From Candidatus Bathyarchaeota archaeon (lineage in GTDB: Archaea > Thermoproteota > Bathyarchaeia > Bathyarchaeales > Bathycorpusculaceae), in contig CAVZPM010000038.1 of the NCBI GenBank assembly GCA_963777155.1, forward strand, positions 64,001 to 128,000: a stretch of DNA of 64,000 nucleotides, given 5' to 3'. Below are positions 50,327-60,112 of this stretch, one piece after another; position 1 is the stretch's first letter; the number at the start of each line of letters is the position of its first letter. Made by a program: the position numbers and the translations under genes. A model generated the notes under the pieces. That model made no database searches, had not been told where the DNA came from, and was given only the letters and a program-made list of their open reading frames with translations.

Positions 50327-50764
50327 TTATTGTCCGCCGTTTATTTTGAACTGTATTGAACCTTCCAGGAACACATATGCTAGCAACAAGAATGTGACTC
50401 CTACAACAAGAAGCATGTATGCTTGCCTTGGTTTATACGCGCTTTTTGAACTCTGGTAAATAGCTAGCAGCCCTACAAAGCCCAGTCCGTAGAGAATGGC
50501 TGAGATTATGGTGTCAGAAATAAATTGGTGGCTAATGTCTGGGTATAAGAAAAAGAAGCGCCCGTTAACGTATGCTGAAGGTTGATGAGCTGCTGCGTCA
50601 GGACCAATAAGAGTATACAAGCCTCCGCCCAACAGGAAAACTGCGTAGGCTAATCCAACTACCGTGATTATAAACGCTGTAGGTGCATTGGTCGTGATTT
50701 TGCGGAACCATCGACTAAGCGAAAATGAGAAGCCTTCAGAACTTTTCTTTATTTTTTGAGTCAT
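50327..50764 (-). CDS. OSTC/DC2 (OST3/6 family TM domain)-like membrane protein
   Basis: 3 TM helices; PTA...FLLGGGLY...QFISD.....LY.LG.VG aligns by eye with human DC2 PSA...FLITGGIIY...QYIMEG...LF.MGGLG. Confidence 0.7.
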   Translation of the reverse strand: MTQKIKKSSEGFSFSLSRWFRKITTNAPTAFIITVVGLAYAVFLLGGGLYTLIGPDAAAHQPSAYVNGRFFFLYPDISHQFISDTIISAILYGLGFVGLLAIYQSSKSAYKPRQAYMLLVVGVTFLLLAYVFLEGSIQFKINGGQ

Positions 50765-50978
50765 CTTTGTTCGCTTCCTCAATTAGGTACTTTAATACAT
50801 CTTTAGCCCATACTCCAGTTAATGAATTTTTCTGAATCTTGAACAGATATTGACTCCAAGAAACATCACACGCCCTCTGCCAAACCCCAAATTTCTCGCA
50901 AATATTCTTGTAAGCTTTCAAATGCAACATACAAAAGCCTTCATCTTTCACTTCGCGGCTACACACTTTGCACTTCAT
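50736..50978 (-). CDS. 80-aa zinc-finger protein (CxxC-x9-CxxH) coupled to topA
   Basis: MKCKVCSRE...FCMLH; ATGA overlap with the topA stop. Confidence 0.75.
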   Translation of the reverse strand: MKCKVCSREVKDEGFCMLHLKAYKNICEKFGVWQRACDVSWSQYLFKIQKNSLTGVWAKDVLKYLIEEANKDDSKNKEKF

Positions 50979-53047
50979 TTGGAATGGTCTCCTTTGGATG
51001 GGCAACTGGGGTTCAAGCATTGACGCCAAGGTAGCCTACCCTTGTAATATACTACTATTGTGGGTGAACTACAGTTTTTACATAAAGTAGTCAATGGTTT
51101 AATGACGCCCGTTTGAGGAAGTGGATATGAGGTGTTGCATTTGTTGTCGAAATAGTTTGTGCAACCCACAAAACGTTTACCAGTTTTTCTAGAGCGCAAA
51201 ATGACTAGTTGCCCATCTCGGCATTTTGGACACGCGCCAACGGCGCGTTCATCAAGCTTCACCTTCTGCAACGCCATACTTAACTGGGCACCGATGGTCG
51301 CTTCTTTGTCTTTAAGCTCAGAAACAACCACTTTCAACGTTTCCGTTGCATCCTGAAGCACTTTTTGTTTGGTTTCCTGTCCCTGCTGGATTGCTTCCAT
51401 TTCCTGCTCAAGCTTCTTCGTCATCTGGGGTGAAACAATAGTTGGACAATATTTTGCGAGAACTTCAACTACCTCAAACCCTACTTCGCTAATAACTAAG
51501 CTGTCCTTGCCCTCTATGTACTTGCGGTCGTAGAGTGTTTGCATGGTTGCAGCTCGGGTGGCTTTAGTTCCTATTTCCTCTTTCTCCATCTTCAAAAGCA
51601 GACTACGAGGATTATATCGGGCTGGCGGCTTGGTGTAGTGGTCACTTAGAATTACCCGCTTAACTCTGACGCTTTTTCCTTCTGTTAGGGGTGGTAGAAC
51701 ACCTTCTTTGGTTTGGGCGTAGGGGGCGTAGAATCTTTGCCACCCCTCTGAAAGCGTCCGCGCAGCTTCAATATGGAAGAGGTTGCCATTGATACTTACG
51801 GTCACCTTAACGCGTTGCTGGATTGCAGGTTTCCCAAAAACCGCGAGAAACCGTTTAACTACCAAATCAAATATGTTGCGTTCGGCAGTGTCCAGGGATT
51901 TTTCAGGCAAATTTCCAGTTGGATAGATAGCTGGATGTGCAGGGTCAAACTTTTTGCCCTCATTAGGCTTCAGGGACGACTTAGTAAGTAAATCGGTTGA
52001 GTGTTTAGTGTAGGCACCGTTTTTTGAGAGCTTTTCTAGGATCTTTTTGTAGCCGATTGACGGAGGCAGTTTTTGGCTGTTTGTACGCGGGTAAGAGATC
52101 AAAGCTGCCAAGTAGAGGTGTTGAAGTATGTTTGAGGTTCGCATGGGTGTGTATTTGAAAATTCGGTAAGCTTCACCCTGCAATGAGGTAAGGTCGAAGG
52201 GTACAGGAGGATTCTGTAAAAACTCTTCCACATTTACGGTTTTTACATGCCCTTCTTTTGTTTTGCAAGATTCCAAAATAGCGGTTGCCTCGGACATGGT
52301 TTCAAGGGATTTTTCGTATTCAACTTCAACAGAAGTTTGGTCTATACTTATTTTCGCAGCTAAAGTCCAATACGGTGTGGGTACAAAACTTTTTATGGTT
52401 TTTTCTCGGGTTTCAATGAATCTTAGTGTTGGTCCCTGCACTCTGCCAGTGCTGAGGGTGGCATATTGCCCGCTGGATTTTTTGGCAGCTTGTGTCAAAG
52501 CCCGCGACAGGTTAATGCCGTAGAGCCAATCAACTTCATGGCGGGTTAACCCTGCTTCAATTATTGAATAATCTAAAGTTGGCAAGAGTTTGCCATAGGA
52601 TTCTTGGAGTTCTTCCTTGGTGAGGGTAGAGTACTTCATTCTTTTAGCTGTTTTTTCTTTGCCACCACAGGCGTATTTTAGGATAGTATATCCGATGATG
52701 CTACCTTCAATGTCAAAGTCACAGGCATCTACAAAGTTTTCCGCATTCTCCGCGAGTTGAGTGATGACTTTCAGCCAAGTTCGAATACGCGAGGCTCCTC
52801 GTTCCGCTTGGTATCGTGGAACCCACTGATAATCAAAAACGGGGTAGCTATGCACCTTCTGTTTGCTCGTTATCGTGTATAGGTGTCCCAAGGCTGGAAC
52901 AACCACTATATTCCCATTTCGATAGGCGTGGTAGTATGGAACACCGTTGCTGACTGATTTTCTGGGTTTTCCATCCTCATCAAGCGCTATTGCTATTCTA
53001 CTTGCGGCATCAGGCTTTTCTGTAACTATTAGCGTGTATTTTTCCAT
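50975..53047 (-). CDS. topA: type IA DNA topoisomerase
   Basis: TEKP, GHL, DxDxEG, GRVQ, ISYPRT (catalytic Tyr), C-terminal Zn ribbons. Confidence 0.96.
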   Translation of the reverse strand: MEKYTLIVTEKPDAASRIAIALDEDGKPRKSVSNGVPYYHAYRNGNIVVVPALGHLYTITSKQKVHSYPVFDYQWVPRYQAERGASRIRTWLKVITQLAENAENFVDACDFDIEGSIIGYTILKYACGGKEKTAKRMKYSTLTKEELQESYGKLLPTLDYSIIEAGLTRHEVDWLYGINLSRALTQAAKKSSGQYATLSTGRVQGPTLRFIETREKTIKSFVPTPYWTLAAKISIDQTSVEVEYEKSLETMSEATAILESCKTKEGHVKTVNVEEFLQNPPVPFDLTSLQGEAYRIFKYTPMRTSNILQHLYLAALISYPRTNSQKLPPSIGYKKILEKLSKNGAYTKHSTDLLTKSSLKPNEGKKFDPAHPAIYPTGNLPEKSLDTAERNIFDLVVKRFLAVFGKPAIQQRVKVTVSINGNLFHIEAARTLSEGWQRFYAPYAQTKEGVLPPLTEGKSVRVKRVILSDHYTKPPARYNPRSLLLKMEKEEIGTKATRAATMQTLYDRKYIEGKDSLVISEVGFEVVEVLAKYCPTIVSPQMTKKLEQEMEAIQQGQETKQKVLQDATETLKVVVSELKDKEATIGAQLSMALQKVKLDERAVGACPKCRDGQLVILRSRKTGKRFVGCTNYFDNKCNTSYPLPQTGVIKPLTTLCKNCSSPTIVVYYKGRLPWRQCLNPSCPSKGDHSK

Positions 53048-53184
53048 GCGTGTTACTTCATTCTTAAATATTGCAGACAGCCTTGCTGTTAAAAGCTTTC
53101 CAGTTGTTCATAAAGGCAATTAGGTTTCATGGTTTTTAGCAATCAATAAATATTCCATACCCATGTAGATACTGGGGAATTTGG

Positions 53185-53355
53185 GTGCCACAACGCGTTA
53201 TTTGTCATGGTTGTCGCCATATTTTATATGAAGGCAGTGAACTTAGGCCTCCAGACGAAATTATCTCGCAGCACGACGGGAAATGCCCGAAATGTGACAG
53301 AAAGCTGTCACTATTGCCCCTAGACGTAGAAGTTAAACCTTTGAGCAAACGCTAA
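53185..53355 (+). CDS. 56-aa zinc-ribbon protein (not in ORF track)
   Basis: MPQRVICHGCRHILYEG...GKCPKCDRKL...; GTG start after GGGGA. Confidence 0.78.
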   Translation: MPQRVICHGCRHILYEGSELRPPDEIISQHDGKCPKCDRKLSLLPLDVEVKPLSKR

Positions 53356-53563
53356 GAACAATTTACTTGCTTCGTATGTTAGAGTTGTTTGACAGAAAAT
53401 TAGATTACGAAGGAAGTTAGGGTGCCACCTTTCTGTAATAATTCACTCAACTAAACCGTCCCAATCACCTGACACCCTCTGCTTGGTTTTGGAAAGCCAT
53501 AAATAAATCGCCCATGTGTAAAATAGTACAATCGCAATATACATTTGGAAGAGATGGCTTAAA

Positions 53564-55861
53564 GTGGGCGAAGGAATTAAGGAACGACTTGGTAATTTAT
53601 CAATTCTTAACCGGCTGAGAATACAGGTAAGCCACGGCACAATCATTGCTTTTGCAGCATTAGTCATGATTCTCTTTGTTGCATTTACAGTTCGCATTTT
53701 GCCTTTACGCTGGGAAACCATGTCTCAGGGAACAGTTCTACTAAACGAATTTGACCCCTATTATCAGTTCAGCATAACCCAACATATGGTACAAAATGGT
53801 TTACTTTCACCCTATTGGCCAACCCACTGGATTAACACAATGAAATGGTATCCAGACGGGTTAGACATGTCTACTTCACTACCAGCCCTGCCCATGACAG
53901 CGGCTTCAGTTTACCAAATTATTTCAATATTTGGAGCAAAAATTGATTTGATGACGTTCTGCTCAATATTCCCAGCTCTTATAGCTGTAGTCTCATGTTT
54001 AATTCTCTACTTTGTAGGCAAAGACATGGGTGGAAAAGCGGTTGGTTTATTTGCAGCATTATTCCTCGCTTTGGCGCCATCATTCTTGCAGAGGAGTTCT
54101 TTGGGATTCTTCGATACTGAAGTGCCCGGTGTAATTGGGCTAGTTTTATTCATCTTTCTATTCCTAAGGTCACTTGACGCTAACAGATCCCTACGTGGAT
54201 CATTATTGTACTCGTTAGGCGCGGCTGCAGCACTAGGTTACTTCATCGCAGGATGGGGAGCAGCATACTACCTAATCGGATTATCTGTTCTGTTTGTCTT
54301 TATCCTGGTCCTACTGAAGAGATACAGCCAAAGAATGTTAATTAACTACAGCATAACCTTCGGCTTAGCATTGTTTATCGGAACCAAGGTGCCATATATC
54401 TCACAGAGCTACCTGGTTTCAGGTGCAGTCCTACCAGTTGTTGCAGTTTTCATTGTTCTCTTAGTCGCAGAGATTCTAAGAAACAACGTATCGATGAAAA
54501 CTAAACTTTCATTGGCTGCAGGAGCTATTGTGGCAATCGTAGGCGGTTTCGCTGTTCTGGCCCTAAGAGGGGACATCGGAAGCATAACAGGAAAATTCAT
54601 CACTGTCATAGACCCATTTATCAGAGCTGCGTCACCTCTAGTTGACTCGGTTGCAGAACAAAGAATCTCAGCTTGGGGAAATCTCTACTTAGAATTCGGT
54701 ATTGCAATACTATTCTTCATATTAGGTCTATATTTCGTGCTCAAAAACCCAACCAACAGAAACATCTTCTTACTATTGTTCGCAGTAACTGGACTCTACT
54801 TCTCAGCTTCAATGATACGGCTACTTGTCCTCTTTGCACCAGCATTCGCCATAATAGCAGGTATAGGGATCATCAGCATGCTAAAACCCTTCTTCACCCT
54901 GCTACGAGAAGCACCAAAAACTCTTGCCAAATCAAAACGGAGATTACCACGTGTAAGCAAAGAATACAGCGGAGTAGCAGTCTTCCTGATCTTTATGATT
55001 TTGGCGACAAACATAGCGTTTTCACCACAAACTGGCGGAGTACCAAGAGCCATCTCTCAAGCCTACGTTCCAACAGCAATAAGTTCTTCAAGTCTCCCGA
55101 TAGGAGGATCAAGTTTAACCGCGCCGGTAGGTGCCTGGCTTGAGGCTATCCATTGGATGCAGGGGAACATTAAGTCAACTGACGTTGTTGTTATGTGGTG
55201 GGATTATGGCAACTGGCTAAGTGATCTTGGAAACGTAACCAGCCTAGCAGATAATACGACAACAAACGCCACGCAGATACAGAATGTTGGCTTCATATTC
55301 ATGGGTAACGAGAACCAATCGATGGCAATGCTCAACTCCTATGGACAGAACCGCGTTAAATACATCGCTGTCTTTGAAGTTCTACAGATATCTCAAGCTT
55401 CTAGCGGGTCATCATCCTATGTTGCAAGTCCAGCAGGATACGGGGATGAAGGAAAATGGGTTTGGATGGCAAGAATTTCGGGACAAAATAAAGACGGTTT
55501 GATAAAAGCAGGCTACATGAACCCAGCAACTGCGTGGACAAACGAAACAACCTTCGGTTCCAGCAATCCAACAACAGGCAGATGGCAATGGAATGATCAA
55601 GGCTTAAACTGTACAGTATTCGAATTAATGAACTATGCAGAAGTCGACTATGCCACCACCATGACCTCAGCATTAAGTTCACAAGGAATTACCGTCTCCC
55701 CAGACCAAACAACCACAGTACCAACATACTTCCAAAAAGCCTACACAGCTGGACTAAACACAGCACCAGGACAATACGGCGGCTTAATTCCACTTATTGC
55801 AATCTACAAGATTGACTGGGCAACATACGACGCTCAACATGGCATAACACCCCCAGCCTAA
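53564..55861 (+). CDS. aglB: oligosaccharyltransferase AglB/STT3
   Basis: EFDPY, DxE, SVAEQ, WWDYG, DNTT, DxxKxxWM. Confidence 0.95.
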   Translation: MGEGIKERLGNLSILNRLRIQVSHGTIIAFAALVMILFVAFTVRILPLRWETMSQGTVLLNEFDPYYQFSITQHMVQNGLLSPYWPTHWINTMKWYPDGLDMSTSLPALPMTAASVYQIISIFGAKIDLMTFCSIFPALIAVVSCLILYFVGKDMGGKAVGLFAALFLALAPSFLQRSSLGFFDTEVPGVIGLVLFIFLFLRSLDANRSLRGSLLYSLGAAAALGYFIAGWGAAYYLIGLSVLFVFILVLLKRYSQRMLINYSITFGLALFIGTKVPYISQSYLVSGAVLPVVAVFIVLLVAEILRNNVSMKTKLSLAAGAIVAIVGGFAVLALRGDIGSITGKFITVIDPFIRAASPLVDSVAEQRISAWGNLYLEFGIAILFFILGLYFVLKNPTNRNIFLLLFAVTGLYFSASMIRLLVLFAPAFAIIAGIGIISMLKPFFTLLREAPKTLAKSKRRLPRVSKEYSGVAVFLIFMILATNIAFSPQTGGVPRAISQAYVPTAISSSSLPIGGSSLTAPVGAWLEAIHWMQGNIKSTDVVVMWWDYGNWLSDLGNVTSLADNTTTNATQIQNVGFIFMGNENQSMAMLNSYGQNRVKYIAVFEVLQISQASSGSSSYVASPAGYGDEGKWVWMARISGQNKDGLIKAGYMNPATAWTNETTFGSSNPTTGRWQWNDQGLNCTVFELMNYAEVDYATTMTSALSSQGITVSPDQTTTVPTYFQKAYTAGLNTAPGQYGGLIPLIAIYKIDWATYDAQHGITPPA

Positions 55862-55867
55862 GGAAGC

Positions 55868-56762
55868 ATGAAGCAACTTGGTGTTTCCAAAGGTCCCTGA
55901 CCAACACAAAGTTGGTCGACCTTTAATCCCCAACGGTTTAGGCGTTCTTTTTGTCCTAACCACCACTGTCTATCTTTTCTCAATTTATTTTTCGAATAAG
56001 GTGTTCAGTTTAGGCGTAGACACCTCAGCAAATGGAGTTTCTGCCGCATTAACTTTAGCAGTTTGCATACTATTTGGCGGCTTCATGGGATTACTTGACG
56101 ACTTTATGGATTTAAAATGGCGCTACAAAGCCTTCATGCCCCTAATCGCTGCGTTACCACTAATGTACTATGCCCTCGAAAACCCTGCTCTTAGAACATC
56201 AATATCAATCCCGTTTGTTGGAACAATACAGTTCGGCGACGCATACATCTTCTTGATAATTCCAATAATCGTTATGATAGTAACCAACACCGTAAACCAG
56301 CTTGGTGGACTCAACGGATTAGAAACCGTATGCCCAGCAATAGTCATCTTAGGGTTAATGGCATTTTCGCCCTCTTACATCTTGATGATTGGACCCCTGT
56401 TTTTCTGGCTAATTCTAGCTTACCTCAACGTACGAGGTAAGATTTTCGTAGGTAATGCGGGATCATTTGCCATAGGAATTACGATCGCCTCGTTCGCAGT
56501 AATTTCCGACCTAAAAGTTGACCTCTTAATCTCCATTTTACCCTTCATCTTTAACTCCTCAATCATACTGTTAGCCGTGTTCTTTACACGCAAAAGAGCC
56601 GGAGTAAAATTCGACGGCGCGAAACTTAGTTCCGACGCCAGAAAAAGTTTAGTAACTGTGATAACTTACCACCGCCCCTTAACTGAACGCAAAGTAGTCA
56701 TAATAATCTCCGCCATAGTTGCCCTATTCACATTGCTTGGGGCGATAATCCAACTTTTTTAA
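55868..56762 (+). CDS. aglH: UDP-GlcNAc--dolichyl-phosphate GlcNAc-1-P transferase (AglH/ALG7, MraY family)
   Basis: DxHK..P, GLLDD, NxxxGLNGLE, FVGNAG; probable frameshift just after the ATG at 55868 (listed ORF starts 55878). Confidence 0.82.
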
Positions 56763-56794
56763 AGAAAAAGCCTACTTAAGATGGGCGTTTTGGG

Positions 56795-59560
56795 TTAAGC
56801 CCCAAGGAAACTTTCAAGTCTAGTTAACCCGATTATTTCGTCGAAGTTTAATCCCAATGCATCCAAAACTTGGTCAAAGGTACTATGTAGGTAAGCGATG
56901 TATTTTTCAACATCCACTTCGTTTCTTGATGTCAACTCAACTGGCTTAACGCCGGCGTTAACATTAGGATCATCCGAAGAACTTCCTCGAGATGACGACT
57001 TGATAACTTTAACAAAACTAATCATGTCTCCCGCTCTCAACTCTTTGCCGCTCTTCTGTAGAATCTTAGCGGCTTTCACATGCTGAGGTGTCGTCTTAGT
57101 GTAACTTGCAACTTCATCGCCTAAAACCACGTGGAATGCGAGGTCGTTCATATCACCCCATTCACGTCGCTTAAGGATGTTGTAGCGTTCGCGTACTATG
57201 TTTGCGATGTCTTTTCTGGCCTTCTCGAAATCTTCAGGGTTCTTAACTTTTGCAAGCCTATCTTTCATCATGTTAAAGGCGTCTTTAATGAAGGTAGGGA
57301 TGTGTTTTTTCTTGCCTGTCAACCCCTTCACGTCAACACTGCCGTCTTCCAGCACGCCGAGGTAGTTCTTTTTACGTGAACTAAAAACCGCATACCTGTA
57401 CACTTTGTCAACATCAATGCCCATTCCTAACTCATGCTCTGTGTAGTGGACAACATCTTCAATCTGCTCTTTGGTGGGGTTTTTTAGGAATAAGCTGTCT
57501 GTGTCGCCATAGAGCACTTGGATGCCAACGGTTTCGGCGTGTTTGAGGATTTGGGTGATGCTGTAGCGTCCGATGGCTGCTGTGGCTTCTGCAACTGGCG
57601 GGCAATAGAGGTCAAAGCTGTCAGCGCCAAAGACTCCGTAACTCGCATTCAAGATGACTTTAAGCGCGCCTTGGGTGATGTTGTACCAGCTTCGTAGCTC
57701 TGGGGATAACGACTTGTCCTTGGCACGGCTTTTGTACCAGCGCACACGCAAATCCCGAAGAGAACCAATCAGCAGACTCTCCAACGCCCGTTTTTCGATG
57801 CAGACCCAATGCTGGGTGTCAGGTATTGTGTGTCCTTTGCAGCCAGGGTGGTTGCAACATATGGATTGGTAGCCCAAGTTCCAGACCTTGATTATGGAGG
57901 GGTACAGGCTTGGAAAGTCCATCACGGCAACATTGAAATGCACACCTGGTGTGGGCTCAACAACGATGGCGCCCTTGTATTTCTTGCCCTTAATGACCGC
58001 TGTCGTCGAGGTTTTGCCTTTTTTGGTCAAGATATCCTCGGCGTTTGGGATAAGCCAATCTTTTTTGCGGTGTTCGCGGTGCATAAAGCTGCGTATCCAG
58101 CGGCTTACACCTTGGCGGCTAACATCCTCCATGGGCATGCTGGAGATTCTCGTTAAAACCAGCATCAACTTCATGGCAGAATCGTTATCGTGGCTGGTTA
58201 GTTTATAGGTGATTTCTGAATCACGCATGCAGTAAGCTACGAGTTCGCTGTAGTTGAGGTCGCCAAAGCTTTTCTCCAAATGAATTTTTTCCATGCCCAA
58301 CAATGCTTTGGCGACATCGTCTAAACTGACGTCTTTGTAGCGTCCGCCGTAAGCGTAGATTTGCACACTGCGGTTGAAGAAGAATTTGTATAGGTCAATG
58401 TGGATACCATATTTTACGGTGCAGACTCTTTTGCCTATGTCGATTGGTATGTCTTTTTTGTTGAAGCCCAAGTTGTAAGCACGGTGCGCGAGGTATCTTA
58501 GGTCGAAGTCGTCACCGTTGAAAGTTAAAATAAAGGGATAATCCCACAATACGTCGAAGACTTTCTTGATGAGTGCCTCTTCTGATTCGCAGTATTCAAC
58601 GTCGATGCCCTTAGTTATGGCTGCATCGCCTATTTCCATGCCCTCACGCCTAAGGACTAGGACGCGTTTTTCGCCGTCGCTGCTGTATATGGAACAGGCG
58701 ATGACTGGGCATGCTCCTTCACGTGCGTCAGGCACTCTTGTGGATAATGGCGATAAGACTTCGATGTCTATGGCGGCTCGGCGGAAACTTGGTGCAGGAT
58801 ACTCAAGAAGCTTCGCCCACATCTCAGCGTACTCGGCATACTCGCGTTCTGCTTCCGTTTTGCAGTCAGCGAAAAGATCTTTGATTTTGTTAAGGTTCTC
58901 CGAAGCGGCATTATTTATGCTCTCGACAAGGTTGCCGTTCTTAACCTCGTAAATCATACCTGGTGATAACTGCCTGTCAAAAATGTAAGATTGATAATAC
59001 TTGATTTTGGATTCCCAAATCTTGGTGTCGCTGTCCTGAATTTTGCAACCGAAAACTTCGGGGTAATCCGCTGGGATAATATCTCGGATGGTGTCGCCTG
59101 GTTTTCCTCCAATCGCTAATGGGTCTTTACAGACGATTTTTGTGACATCAATGAATTTGTCATTTAGGGGATCAAATTTTTTGCTAAGTTGGAACTTTTC
59201 AAAGCCTGGGTGGCCGGTGACAGCGGTGAATCTAGCAAGTTCTTCGGGCTTTAGGTTCGTTACGCAGTACGGTAAATGGCCTGTGTTATCATACCAATAA
59301 TAGAGGTTCCCCGACTCAGGCTCGTAGAGTTTAACTACTGCCTTCCTTAGACGCCCATCATATGAGGCAGACACGAAGTATGAGGGCGGAAGGTTCTCCG
59401 GCGCAATGGGCGGGTAAGGTTGGCGCTCCCGTTTTTTGTGTTTAATTATCGCTTGTTCGGGCGTTTGGACTGCTGGGAACGGCGCTTGAGCTTTAGCCTC
59501 TATTTTAGCTGGAGGTTTAACTTGTTCTCTCATAAAGAAATCTAAAGTAGTACTCGCCAT
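56795..59560 (-). CDS. polB1: family B DNA polymerase, PolB1 type
   Basis: DIE, FNGDDFD, YxxxD exonuclease motifs; DFPSLYPS, KxxxNxxYG, YGDTDS; crenarchaeal-type N-terminus (D.TGH.PY). Confidence 0.94.
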   Translation of the reverse strand: MASTTLDFFMREQVKPPAKIEAKAQAPFPAVQTPEQAIIKHKKRERQPYPPIAPENLPPSYFVSASYDGRLRKAVVKLYEPESGNLYYWYDNTGHLPYCVTNLKPEELARFTAVTGHPGFEKFQLSKKFDPLNDKFIDVTKIVCKDPLAIGGKPGDTIRDIIPADYPEVFGCKIQDSDTKIWESKIKYYQSYIFDRQLSPGMIYEVKNGNLVESINNAASENLNKIKDLFADCKTEAEREYAEYAEMWAKLLEYPAPSFRRAAIDIEVLSPLSTRVPDAREGACPVIACSIYSSDGEKRVLVLRREGMEIGDAAITKGIDVEYCESEEALIKKVFDVLWDYPFILTFNGDDFDLRYLAHRAYNLGFNKKDIPIDIGKRVCTVKYGIHIDLYKFFFNRSVQIYAYGGRYKDVSLDDVAKALLGMEKIHLEKSFGDLNYSELVAYCMRDSEITYKLTSHDNDSAMKLMLVLTRISSMPMEDVSRQGVSRWIRSFMHREHRKKDWLIPNAEDILTKKGKTSTTAVIKGKKYKGAIVVEPTPGVHFNVAVMDFPSLYPSIIKVWNLGYQSICCNHPGCKGHTIPDTQHWVCIEKRALESLLIGSLRDLRVRWYKSRAKDKSLSPELRSWYNITQGALKVILNASYGVFGADSFDLYCPPVAEATAAIGRYSITQILKHAETVGIQVLYGDTDSLFLKNPTKEQIEDVVHYTEHELGMGIDVDKVYRYAVFSSRKKNYLGVLEDGSVDVKGLTGKKKHIPTFIKDAFNMMKDRLAKVKNPEDFEKARKDIANIVRERYNILKRREWGDMNDLAFHVVLGDEVASYTKTTPQHVKAAKILQKSGKELRAGDMISFVKVIKSSSRGSSSDDPNVNAGVKPVELTSRNEVDVEKYIAYLHSTFDQVLDALGLNFDEIIGLTRLESFLGA

Positions 59561-59678
59561 CCCCAGTTAACCTCAGCCACACATAGGTACATGGCGATTA
59601 AAAGCTTTAGTGACTAAAAACACGCAGAATTGTCCATGGTTTAAACGACAAGAAACACGATTGAAGGTTGTTTATTGA

Positions 59679-59807
59679 TTAATATGTTGGATTGATGCAC
59701 AAACGCATGTGTTTTTCGACTTCTTTTTTGGTATCAAATACTTTGCCACAATCCTTGCACATGTATTGTCCAGCTCTGGTTTGAGGGGTACTTTTTCGTT
59801 TAACCAT
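59679..59807 (-). CDS. 42-aa single classical zinc-finger microprotein (not in ORF track)
   Basis: MVKRKSTPQTRAGQYMCKDCGKVFDTKKEVEKHMRLCINPTY. Confidence 0.6.
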   Translation of the reverse strand: MVKRKSTPQTRAGQYMCKDCGKVFDTKKEVEKHMRLCINPTY

Positions 59808-60112
59808 TTGACTCAATTCTAGCCATCTCTAAAACAGAAAAGACGAAAGAAGCATAAACTCATGTGTGCAGATATTCTGTTACACACTCTCATCTTTTCA
59901 AACCACACAAAGGAGGGTTCCAAATTATCTACTTGTTTTGTGTTTTTTTCCTTCTTTGCTAAGTGCATGGACATTGAAGATAGTTTTTGAACAGAGGGTT
60001 AGGCACCAAGAATTATTCATGAGGATATGTGGCTGTCCATATGAAGTAAGATGGCAGCTTGATTTGAATTCTTATTACCTTCGATTACATTGATAGGTTT
60101 GTGTGAAAAAAT

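Noticed and set aside
59808-60112. Replication origin or the 75-aa ORF at 59866-60093
   Set aside because: No ORB-like repeats or cdc6/orc1 neighbour; ORF lacks motifs
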